Part shown: positions 1 to 8,129 of the stretch, one piece after another
Layout of the letters: each line of letters opens with the position of its first letter
Position numbering within the stretch: position 1 is the first letter of the stretch
Virus record (IMG/VR): IMGVR_UViG_3300034072_001783
Span: 1 to 54,406 of that record
DNA from: a virus
Lineage: Duplodnaviria; Caudoviricetes
DNA: 54,406 nt
Direction: 5' to 3' (one strand)
The notes under the pieces: model-generated
What the model saw: the letters and a program-made list of their open reading frames with translations, nothing else
Database searches by the model: none
What the model was told of the DNA's origin: nothing
Translations under genes and position numbers: made by a program

Positions 1-1
1 A

Positions 2-334
2 CTCTATAAAATGGTAGATAAACTTGATAAAATAGACGGTGAAGTTGATTTTCCACATTGGTGGCAAGCCAAAATTATTAAAGCCAAATCCATGCTAGTT
101 TCAGCTAAACATTATCTTGATTTTGAGCTAAAAGAACCCCAAATTAATGCTATGGTAGATATTGCAAGTGAGGAAGATATTATTGATGAAGATATAGTAA
201 AAGGATCAAATATTAAGAAAGTAGACAATAAGTGGAGAGTAATTTCAGGTAAAACTGGAAAAATGTGGCCTCAAACTTATGATACTAAAAAGGATGCTGA
301 AAATGCTATAAAGGCATATCATGCTTCAAAATAA
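2..334 (+). CDS. Hypothetical protein, 5'-truncated (probable internal head protein)
   Basis: Frame is open from position 2 (ctc tat aaa atg...), so the gene probably starts outside the window. A small basic C-terminal module (KWRVISGKTGKMW...) follows an IIDE site. Confidence 0.6.
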   Translation, partial: LYKMVDKLDKIDGEVDFPHWWQAKIIKAKSMLVSAKHYLDFELKEPQINAMVDIASEEDIIDEDIVKGSNIKKVDNKWRVISGKTGKMWPQTYDTKKDAENAIKAYHASK

Positions 335-340
335 TGCTAA

Positions 341-814
341 ATGACTAGAGAAGAACTCATATTAAAAATTAAACAACTTGCCCCTCAAGTATATAATTCA
401 TCTAAAAAAGCAGATGAAGCCGCAGTTGAATATGATGAGCTAACCAAATTCCCAGAACTTAAAAAAATATTAGTTGATCTTTTAACAACTGAATTTGATA
501 ACTTTCTTTCATCAATAGATTGGGTTTCTCCACGTCCTACTACCTTTAGAATTAACTTAAAAAATGGTCAAAACTTTTACTTACTTTATGGTAAAAGAAG
601 TTGGATAGCACAAGTTGAAGGTAAAAAATATTACCTTTTAAATTTACCTGAAGAAGAACGTGCTGCTGAGGCAATTGCTCGTATTTTAAGATATGGTAAA
701 AAAGAAGAAGAAAGTGAAGAAGGATTTGGTGGAGAAGAAATGGGAGGAGAAGAAATACCTGGTGGAGGAGAAGAACAACCAACTGAAACACCTGAAGAAA
801 CACCTGAGACATAA
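341..814 (+). CDS. Hypothetical protein with acidic Glu/Gly/Pro tail
   Basis: 157 aa ORF, in tight operon, stop overlaps next ATG (TAATG). Confidence 0.7.
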   Translation: MTREELILKIKQLAPQVYNSSKKADEAAVEYDELTKFPELKKILVDLLTTEFDNFLSSIDWVSPRPTTFRINLKNGQNFYLLYGKRSWIAQVEGKKYYLLNLPEEERAAEAIARILRYGKKEEESEEGFGGEEMGGEEIPGGGEEQPTETPEETPET

Positions 815-1968
815 TGGACGTTTTAGAACAATTTTTAAATAGTATATCATATAAATTCCCTAAAGGATATCCTGATATAAAAGATAAACAAGATGTTCTA
901 TTATTAGAATCTCTTATTAATGAAGTATTAGGGGAAAAAACTCTACTCCTAGAGGAAGTTCCTAATATATCAGGTACTAGAAAGGCAGTGGCTTTAATTT
1001 CCCAAGAATTAGGAGATGAATATGGTATAAAACCCCTACCTTCCAAACCCAATAGACTCTCAGCTCCAGGCATTAAAGATCCAAAAATATTTTTAGATAT
1101 AATAAAAAAAGTATTTGGACCCGAAACTAAAATAAAAGTCTTTGGACCAAGACAAGGCTCAAACCCTAGTGGTAAATTTCCCCTATTTCAATTTGACACA
1201 GAAGAATTTGGGCAAGTAAATATGTTAACTAGTTTTAGTGCTCCTGGTGGTGCTGGAAAATCTAATGAGGCTGTATTTTTGGATACCTTAAATAATTTAA
1301 TAGCTCAAGCTGGGGACTCTGCAAAAATTGTAATCAAATCACCTGAATATACTGAAACTTTTAATAATGTAACTAAAGTTGAAGATTCCTCAAAATCAGG
1401 AGCAGGTGTTGGAGATAAATCAGACGCTCAATTTCTTTCAGATGGTAAAGTAGTAGCCAATATTTCCCTAAAACAAGATGGAGGATTTAGATGGGCTTCG
1501 GTAGCATCTAATTTCCCTGATTTTATAAAAACATTCCAAGAAAAAGCATTAGCAGGAGAAATCCCAGAATTAGAATTAAGACCTAACCCCGATGTTAAAG
1601 GTAAATATTTAATGTATAACTCTAATACGGGTGATCGAGTTACTAAAGTAATAATCCCTGATTTCATAACAGACGAAGATCAAATAAACACCTTTGTGTT
1701 TGGATCTGAAACACCAAAAACCATTGTAGTTTCTAGGACTTGGAAAGAAGATGATTTTAAACTAGATGGAGATACTATTACAGTACAAGCATCCCATATT
1801 TATAAAACAATAGAAGATATTAAAAAGGGTGATATATTACCTGTATTCACTATTGCTCAACATCAAAATAAGCCAATTGGGTTAGATTATAGAATATATC
1901 CTGAAAATATGGCTAAATTTGGTCCTAAAGCTAGAGGATTAGAATTATCAATTAATGATATAGTATAA
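814..1968 (+). CDS. Putative PD-(D/E)xK-fold (restriction endonuclease-like) nuclease with N-terminal leader
   Basis: Motif GKSNE...KSDAQF...NISLK resembles the E..K-x-D..S-x-K variant of the REase fold. The leader ends in LLESLINEVL...LLLE. Confidence 0.5.
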   Translation: MDVLEQFLNSISYKFPKGYPDIKDKQDVLLLESLINEVLGEKTLLLEEVPNISGTRKAVALISQELGDEYGIKPLPSKPNRLSAPGIKDPKIFLDIIKKVFGPETKIKVFGPRQGSNPSGKFPLFQFDTEEFGQVNMLTSFSAPGGAGKSNEAVFLDTLNNLIAQAGDSAKIVIKSPEYTETFNNVTKVEDSSKSGAGVGDKSDAQFLSDGKVVANISLKQDGGFRWASVASNFPDFIKTFQEKALAGEIPELELRPNPDVKGKYLMYNSNTGDRVTKVIIPDFITDEDQINTFVFGSETPKTIVVSRTWKEDDFKLDGDTITVQASHIYKTIEDIKKGDILPVFTIAQHQNKPIGLDYRIYPENMAKFGPKARGLELSINDIV

Positions 1969-1972
1969 AATA

Positions 1973-3091
1973 ATGGAACGACTTAGAAAACTTATAAAAG
2001 AAGTATTATCTACTCCACCAAAACAAGATTCTTGTAACTGTGGATGTCATAGTTGTGAAAATGTTGGTAATCCGGGTGTAGTACTAAATGAAAGTATAGT
2101 TAAAAAGGATATACTATCGGAAAATCTGCGATATCACGTGGATAATAAACTCCCACTAACCGAAAACACGTTCCGCTACGGTTCTGAAGCTTTTCTTAAT
2201 TTATGGGCAGAAGCTCGCGCTTTGTATTTACGTGAAATAATTCATGTTAATGAAGATGATAAGCAAATTTTAGAGGAAACTGATTTAGGTAACTTTGGTT
2301 TATATGAGGGTGTTAAAGTACCTTTAGATTTACCCATGGCATATGAAAACCAATATGAGCCTATCCTAGAAGATATAGCCATATATGGTACTATATATGA
2401 AGCAGTAAATATAGAAAATTCATATAAAATAGATGCTATTGAATCAGATGGGGTTAGCAATAATTTTATATTCATAGATAAACACGGGATAAAAAGAAAA
2501 CTTCAATTTATTAAAGGAAATAGTGTTAAGCTATTATGGTTTGATCCTAAATCTCAAGAATGGACAACTGAAAGAATGCCTAGTAAATATGAAGATGAAA
2601 AAGTGATGAACACATTTGGTATGATACTTGTTAAAGTAATATTACCAAAATATGGCTCATTCTATTTTAAAGCATTAAGTGAGGCCCGTTATCGTTTATT
2701 TAGAGCACTTATCTATAATAATTTAGATATCTCTAAATATGAAATGGATTATGATGATGAGGCTAGAACTATTGAAGTGTATAAAATAGATACCCTAACA
2801 GAAGAAGGTAAAAAGAAAAATCCTCCACTTAATAAACCAAAACGTGGTGGATCTAAAAAATTCTATGTTTATGTTCGTAATCCAAAAACTAAAAAAATTA
2901 AAAAAGTTAGTTTTGGAGACACAACAGGCCTATCTGTAAAAATTAATGACCCTAAAGCTAGACAAGCTTTTGCTAAACGACATAAATGTGCTCAAGCTAC
3001 TGATCGTACGAAAGCGCGATATTGGTCATGTAGAATCGGTCGTTATTGGAAACAATTAGGAGGTTCAAAAAACTTTAGCGGTTTTTGGTAG
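1973..3091 (+). CDS. Multi-module hypothetical protein (leader, Cys cluster, inserted domain, basic C-terminal KKVSFGD/RHKC/YWSC module)
   Basis: 372 aa ORF; starts MERLRKLIKEVL; CNCGCHSC cluster; many L/I-x-E sites separate the modules. Confidence 0.7.
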   Translation: MERLRKLIKEVLSTPPKQDSCNCGCHSCENVGNPGVVLNESIVKKDILSENLRYHVDNKLPLTENTFRYGSEAFLNLWAEARALYLREIIHVNEDDKQILEETDLGNFGLYEGVKVPLDLPMAYENQYEPILEDIAIYGTIYEAVNIENSYKIDAIESDGVSNNFIFIDKHGIKRKLQFIKGNSVKLLWFDPKSQEWTTERMPSKYEDEKVMNTFGMILVKVILPKYGSFYFKALSEARYRLFRALIYNNLDISKYEMDYDDEARTIEVYKIDTLTEEGKKKNPPLNKPKRGGSKKFYVYVRNPKTKKIKKVSFGDTTGLSVKINDPKARQAFAKRHKCAQATDRTKARYWSCRIGRYWKQLGGSKNFSGFW

Positions 3092-3108
3092 GAAATCGGC
3101 CCTACCAA
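3085..3108 (+). promoter_or_regulatory. Perfect 8-bp hairpin directly upstream of the homing endonuclease late promoter
   Basis: TTGGTAGG (3085-3092) / CCTACCAA (3101-3108), abutting TATTTATA at 3109-3116. Confidence 0.55.
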
Positions 3109-3121
3109 TATTTATAATAAA

Positions 3122-3760
3122 ATGGCTTATGTTTATCTTATAACCAATGTTACAAATGGAAAAAAATATATTGGTTCTTCTAGAAAATCTCAAATAGATG
3201 AAAATTACTATGGTAGTGGTAAAGCAATAAAAGATGCTTTAAAAAAATACGGTAAAAATAATTTTACAAGAGATATACTTTGGCAAGGTGAAGGAGATGC
3301 TCGTGGTGTAGAATCTCAATGGTTAGAATATTTTAATGCTTCTACAAATCCTCAATTCTATAATATGACAAATGATGCTAGAGGAAATGGACTCCATAAA
3401 GAAGAGACCAAACTTACTGTTAGTGAGAAACTAACTGGAAGAAAATTCTCAAAAGAAATATGTGAAAAAATATCCAAAGCAAAAACTGGAAAACCCAACC
3501 CTAAAAAAGGAAAACCAGATGGCCCCAAACCTAGAGTATCTGAAGCCCATAAAGGTAGAACCAGCCCAAATAAAGGCAAAGGAACCCCAGTAGCCCTTTA
3601 TACAACCTCTGGAGAATATCTCAACACATACTCAAATTATACTCTTCTAGCTCTTGCTCTTAATATAAACCCAGAAACAGTAAGATGTCATTTAGTAGGA
3701 AAAGCAAATACAATATGTAACAAGCAATATAAAGTTAAATATGTATTAGGTGATGGATAG
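3122..3760 (+). mobile_element. Free-standing GIY-YIG homing endonuclease with NUMOD3-like repeats
   Basis: YVYLITNVTNGKKYIGSS (GIY-YIG), YYGSG, FYN motif, H/S-x-E-T-K..S repeats, C-terminal NUMOD1/HTH-like segment. Confidence 0.9.
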
Positions 3761-4988
3761 ATTGGATAAACTTACTAATGAAGTCCTACAAGAGGAAAAA
3801 GAAAAACGTGACAGATGTTTACGTATTGCTGACCGTAAATTCAAAAAACCATCCGCTTACAAATCTGGTGCTGTAGTTAGATGTCGTAAAGGAGATATTT
3901 GGAAAGGTTTAAATGAATATAATAATGTAGGTCCTTCTACCCCTAAAGTATATATTGTAAAAAATGACGGGACTTATAAAGAAGTCCCAATTAAATTACT
4001 ATCTAAAATACCTAATTTAATATATGATATGGGTGGAGGTGAAACTAATTACTACCCTGAAAAAAATATTGTAATAGTAGATAACATCCCCATAGAACAA
4101 TTCGCTAAAGAACCAGGTGAGATAAGAGATGAAAAGATATATGTTGAATATAATTTAAATCAACCTTATAGCTTTCCAAAAGCAAATAAAATTATAGCTG
4201 CTCAATTAGTATATAACTTAGATAATGTTGAATCATTTGCTACAACAGTAAATAATTCACTTAAAGATAATGGTACCTTTGAATTTTACAGTGACGTAAT
4301 GATAAAAAAGGATAAAGACTTTTTAAACTACTTATACAGTGAATATGGGTTTGGTTTCCCTAAAAATTTAAGTCAATTTAAACAAGAACCAATTCAATTA
4401 AAAAAAGGAAAATTTGTTGAACCTATTATATCTTACATTTACAATGTAACAGATGTTGATGGAAATACATCAAAAATATCAGTTACTAAAGAAGGTAGGT
4501 GGTGGAAATATAATAAAATTGAAGGTAATATAAAATTCAAACCTGTTAAATGGAGTATTGAGCCTGAATATAAATATAACGATATAACTCCAAGTAAGGA
4601 GAATGTTTTAAATACTTTTTCCAAAGCATTAGGAACTGATATTATAGATTTTAAAAAATTAAATGAAAATTTAAAAGAAACCGATGACCCTCAATCAGGT
4701 AAAGCAGCACCTTACGGCTCAGGATATTCTAAATTAAAAGACATAATTAGAGAAATCATCCAAGAAGATGAATCTTTAAGAAAATGGTTCAAACGCTCAG
4801 GTACCCCAGGTAAAGAAGGTGGTTGGGTTGATTGTAACGCACCAATTAAAAAAGATGGTAAAATAGTAGGATATAAACCTTGCGGGAGAAAAAAAGGAGA
4901 AAAACGTGCAAAATACCCTTCATGTCGTCCTACACCTGCTCAATGTAAAACACCTGGTAAAGGTACTAAATGGGGAAAAACAAAATAA
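3750..4988 (+). CDS. Modular protein: basic Cys modules flanking an inserted class I SAM-dependent methyltransferase-like domain
   Basis: N-terminal RDRC..PSAYKSGAVVRCRK; central IYDMGGGE (motif I), IVIVDN, YNLN, LKDNG; C-terminal LRKWF..GGWVDC..PCGR..YPSCRP. Confidence 0.6.
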   Translation: MMDRLDKLTNEVLQEEKEKRDRCLRIADRKFKKPSAYKSGAVVRCRKGDIWKGLNEYNNVGPSTPKVYIVKNDGTYKEVPIKLLSKIPNLIYDMGGGETNYYPEKNIVIVDNIPIEQFAKEPGEIRDEKIYVEYNLNQPYSFPKANKIIAAQLVYNLDNVESFATTVNNSLKDNGTFEFYSDVMIKKDKDFLNYLYSEYGFGFPKNLSQFKQEPIQLKKGKFVEPIISYIYNVTDVDGNTSKISVTKEGRWWKYNKIEGNIKFKPVKWSIEPEYKYNDITPSKENVLNTFSKALGTDIIDFKKLNENLKETDDPQSGKAAPYGSGYSKLKDIIREIIQEDESLRKWFKRSGTPGKEGGWVDCNAPIKKDGKIVGYKPCGRKKGEKRAKYPSCRPTPAQCKTPGKGTKWGKTK

Positions 4989-4989
4989 T

Positions 4990-5430
4990 ATGGATAACTT
5001 TGATTTAAAAAAATATTTAGCAGAAGGTAAATTATATGAGGCAGCTATGGCTTGTCCTTTACCAACCCAAGATCTAGAACTTAACACTCGAAATAGAGAT
5101 TCAGCTATTAAAGCAGACTATATTAAATATGGTCCTTTAAATGTTGATGAACCTGGAGACTATTGGGATGAGTTAGCAGAACATTGGAATACAACAGTTG
5201 AAGCTGCTAAACAATCTTTATGTGGCAATTGTGCTGCGTTTGATATTTCTCCAAGAATGGAAGATTGTATGCCTGGACCATTACAAGATGAAGATGGTAA
5301 ATTAGGGTATTGTTGGATGCATAGTTTCAAATGCCACTCAGCTCGTACTTGTAGAACATGGGCTAAAGGTGGTCCTATAGTTAAAGATACTATATCTTAT
5401 GAGTGGCAAGAACGTAAAGAAAATGATTAA
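4990..5430 (+). CDS. Cys-rich hypothetical protein (possible metal/Fe-S binding)
   Basis: Start reassigned to ATG 4990 (MDNFDLKKYLAE), just after the upstream stop. CGNC...GYC...KC...TC..W pattern. Confidence 0.65.
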   Translation: MDNFDLKKYLAEGKLYEAAMACPLPTQDLELNTRNRDSAIKADYIKYGPLNVDEPGDYWDELAEHWNTTVEAAKQSLCGNCAAFDISPRMEDCMPGPLQDEDGKLGYCWMHSFKCHSARTCRTWAKGGPIVKDTISYEWQERKEND

Positions 5431-5869
5431 ACTTATAGACATATTAAAAGAAATCAACCAACCATCTCCTCCGGATGTTTTGTACCATTTTACAACACCT
5501 GAAAATTTTGTTAAAATATTAAATTCTGATCGTTTAAAAGCTCATTCCAAATTCAATCAAATTTCATTCACTGAAGACCCAGATTTATGGGCATTCCAAG
5601 AATTTCCCGACTCAAACCAAGAAATAGGAGTTCGTTTAGAATTTGAAACGGATAGTTTACCTCCTGTAAAACCATTTACATTCCAAGGAGCACCTGGTGA
5701 ATTCTTAGAACACGAAAAAGAATGGATAACTACTTCAGGAGATATAACAGATATAGAAGGTAGAATTATGGGTTCAGGTACTCTAGAGATAACAGCCCTT
5801 GAATATTGGAAAAAATACTTACAAGATAATATACCAGGACACATATATACCAGAATAAAATTTATATGA
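5423..5869 (+). CDS. Putative ADP-ribosyltransferase-fold protein with N-terminal leader
   Basis: Start at ATG 5423 (MIKLIDILKEI). The LYHFT...ISFT...EHEKEW triad fits the H/R-S-E ART signature. Confidence 0.55.
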   Translation: MIKLIDILKEINQPSPPDVLYHFTTPENFVKILNSDRLKAHSKFNQISFTEDPDLWAFQEFPDSNQEIGVRLEFETDSLPPVKPFTFQGAPGEFLEHEKEWITTSGDITDIEGRIMGSGTLEITALEYWKKYLQDNIPGHIYTRIKFI

Positions 5870-6126
5870 CCCCATACACAGACATAGAAGTTACAGACAA
5901 ATATATTATACGTGAATTTAGCGAAAATATAGATCCTATTGAATTACTTTGGCATCGGGATTTAGAAGATCGAACAGTAGAAATACTTGGAGAAACAAAT
6001 TGGAAAGTACAACTTGATAATGAGTTACCAACCTCACTAAATCAACCAATATTTATAGAACGTCACCAATGGCATCGCGTAATTAAAGGTGATGGTAATT
6101 TAAGATTAAAAATACATTTAGACTAG
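5866..6126 (+). CDS. Small cupin-like hypothetical protein
   Basis: WHRD.EDR and WHRVIKG His motifs with beta-strand pattern. Confidence 0.55.
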   Translation: MTPYTDIEVTDKYIIREFSENIDPIELLWHRDLEDRTVEILGETNWKVQLDNELPTSLNQPIFIERHQWHRVIKGDGNLRLKIHLD

Positions 6127-6149
6127 ATTCATAGCCTAGTCGTTTTTTT
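6121..6149 (+). terminator. Rho-independent terminator (hairpin 1)
   Basis: GACTAG / CTAGTC stem followed by T7. Confidence 0.55.
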
Positions 6150-6171
6150 AAAGATAAAATTTTCGAGAGCT

Positions 6172-6203
6172 GTGACCTCTATTTGGAGGTCACTCTTTTT
6201 TTT
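6172..6203 (+). terminator. Rho-independent terminator (hairpin 2), overlapping a promoter
   Basis: GTGACCTC-tatttg-GAGGTCAC followed by a T-tract. Confidence 0.7.
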
Positions 6204-6211
6204 CATATATT
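6183..6211 (+). promoter_or_regulatory. Putative early/middle promoter TTGG-N19-TATATT
   Basis: Same bipartite motif and spacing at 45185 and 46947. Confidence 0.6.
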
Positions 6212-6231
6212 AAATTATAAATTTTTATAAA

Positions 6232-7578
6232 ATGCAAGATAAAATTGTAATTGTAGGAGCAGGAGTAGCAGGAGTAAATGCTGCAACTAAGCTAGTAGAT
6301 GAAGGATATCCCGGTAATATGATTACCATAATTGATATGGGTAAATCACCCTATGAAAGAAAACCTGAAGAGGTAATGACAGGCTTTTTAGGCGCTGGGG
6401 GCTGGTCAGATGGTAAACTAACATACCATACTGCTATTGGTGGTCAATTATCCAAATATTGTGGTGAAGAAAAAGCAATGGAGTTAATGGATCAAGTTAT
6501 CACTAACTTTAAACGTTTCCACCCTAAACCAGAGGAAGTACAATGTTCAGATCCTCAAGCAGAACCAGATTTTATTAAACCATATTTTGGTTTAAGATTG
6601 TTTCCTGTATGGCATGTTGGTACTGACTACTTGCACGAAATTGGTAAAAATTGGTATGATTATTTAGTTGATAAAGGTGTAAAATTTGAATGGGAAACTA
6701 AGGTAACTAATATCTCTTTTGGAGCCCAAGAATTATGGACTGATAAGAGTGTAGATGATAATGATTGGATTGGGTATGACCGTTTAATATTTGGAGTAGG
6801 AAAATCAGGCATCGACTTCGGTAAAAAATTAGCAGAACAATATGACCTACCAACAGAACCAAAATCAGTACAAATAGGTGTTAGATTTGAAGCACCACAA
6901 AAACATTTTCAAAAATTAATTGATGTTAGTTATGATTTTAAACTTTATAGAAAATTTGAAGACAAAGGTGTATCCTTACGTTCATTTTGTACTAATAATA
7001 ATGCCGCCTATGTAGCAACTGAAGTAACATATGGAGATCATACCTATAATGGTCATGCTAAAAAAGATGAAGCATATCGTAATGATATGACTAACTTTGG
7101 TATATTAATGGAAATCAATGGTATAGATAATCCATTTGATTGGTCAAGAGAGGCTGTTAAAAAATTACAAAAAGATGGTATGGGTACTTATTTTTCACCT
7201 AACCACACTCGTTTACCCTCTAAAACATCTGAAGGTACCTATATACAATGTAATGTAGTAGATAGTATTCAACCATTATATGATGCTATAGGTGATTATG
7301 CTCTTTATATTGAGGAGTTTATTGAGGATATGAAAAAAGTATTCCCAACACTTGAAAATGATTGGGGTATTTACATGCCTGAGGTAAAATATCTTTCACC
7401 TGAACCCTTAGTAAATTATAAAGATCTTAGTTTAACTAAATTCCCTAACGTACATTTCGTAGGTGATGCTTTAAGCGCTCGAGGCATTACAGTTAGTGGT
7501 GCACAAGGAATATATGTTGTTGAAGTATTTTTAAATGAAATATTAGAATCAGATAATTATTATAAACAGATACAATGA
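6232..7578 (+). CDS. FAD-dependent oxidoreductase/dehydrogenase
   Basis: Rossmann IVIVGAGVAG, GAGGWSDGKL, GVRFE, C-terminal HFVGD..ARGITVSGAQG. Confidence 0.85.
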   Translation: MQDKIVIVGAGVAGVNAATKLVDEGYPGNMITIIDMGKSPYERKPEEVMTGFLGAGGWSDGKLTYHTAIGGQLSKYCGEEKAMELMDQVITNFKRFHPKPEEVQCSDPQAEPDFIKPYFGLRLFPVWHVGTDYLHEIGKNWYDYLVDKGVKFEWETKVTNISFGAQELWTDKSVDDNDWIGYDRLIFGVGKSGIDFGKKLAEQYDLPTEPKSVQIGVRFEAPQKHFQKLIDVSYDFKLYRKFEDKGVSLRSFCTNNNAAYVATEVTYGDHTYNGHAKKDEAYRNDMTNFGILMEINGIDNPFDWSREAVKKLQKDGMGTYFSPNHTRLPSKTSEGTYIQCNVVDSIQPLYDAIGDYALYIEEFIEDMKKVFPTLENDWGIYMPEVKYLSPEPLVNYKDLSLTKFPNVHFVGDALSARGITVSGAQGIYVVEVFLNEILESDNYYKQIQ

Positions 7579-8114
7579 AAATAGGATTTTGTGGTACTAT
7601 GAGTGTTGGAAAAACTACTCTAGTAAACGCTCTTAAGGAACAGCCTGAATTTAAGGATTATGTTTTCACAACAGAAAGATCTAAATATTTAAGAGATTTG
7701 GGTATTCCCCTTAATACTGATTCAACTCTAAAAGGTCAAGTAATATTCTTAGCAGAACGTTGTAGTGAACTTCTACAACCAAAAATCATCACAGATAGAA
7801 CCGTGATTGATGTTATGGCTTTTACAAATGCTGCTCAATCTATTCCTATAAGACACGCAGACACATATTATGAATTAGCTGCTAATTTTATTAAAGACTA
7901 TGACTATATATTTTATATATCCCCACTAGGAATCGAAGTTGAAGATAATGGGGTAAGAGAAACAGATCTAAAATATAGAAAAAAGATTGATAGAGAGATT
8001 AGAGATATATTAGAATATAACAAACATAAAATAAAAAACTATTATGAAATTTCTGGATCAACAGAAGAACGTGTGGAAAAAGTAATTTCTTCTATATTCC
8101 ACCCATATTTATAA
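7575..8114 (+). CDS. P-loop ATPase / nucleotide kinase (NadR/AAA_28-like)
   Basis: KIGFCGTMSVGKTT Walker A, ITDRTVID, YDYIFY, EDNGVR. Confidence 0.8.
   Translation: MKIGFCGTMSVGKTTLVNALKEQPEFKDYVFTTERSKYLRDLGIPLNTDSTLKGQVIFLAERCSELLQPKIITDRTVIDVMAFTNAAQSIPIRHADTYYELAANFIKDYDYIFYISPLGIEVEDNGVRETDLKYRKKIDREIRDILEYNKHKIKNYYEISGSTEERVEKVISSIFHPYL
8106..8113 (+). promoter_or_regulatory. Putative late promoter TATTTATA
   Basis: One of 14 exact ATATTTATA copies just upstream of gene starts. Confidence 0.65.
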
Positions 8115-8129
8115 TAAAAAATATAAATA

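Noticed and set aside
4906-5422. Upstream start extensions of ORFs 4906 and 5399
   Set aside because: They overlap the preceding genes; ATGs at 4990 and 5423 give normal coupling and begin with the shared leader motif.
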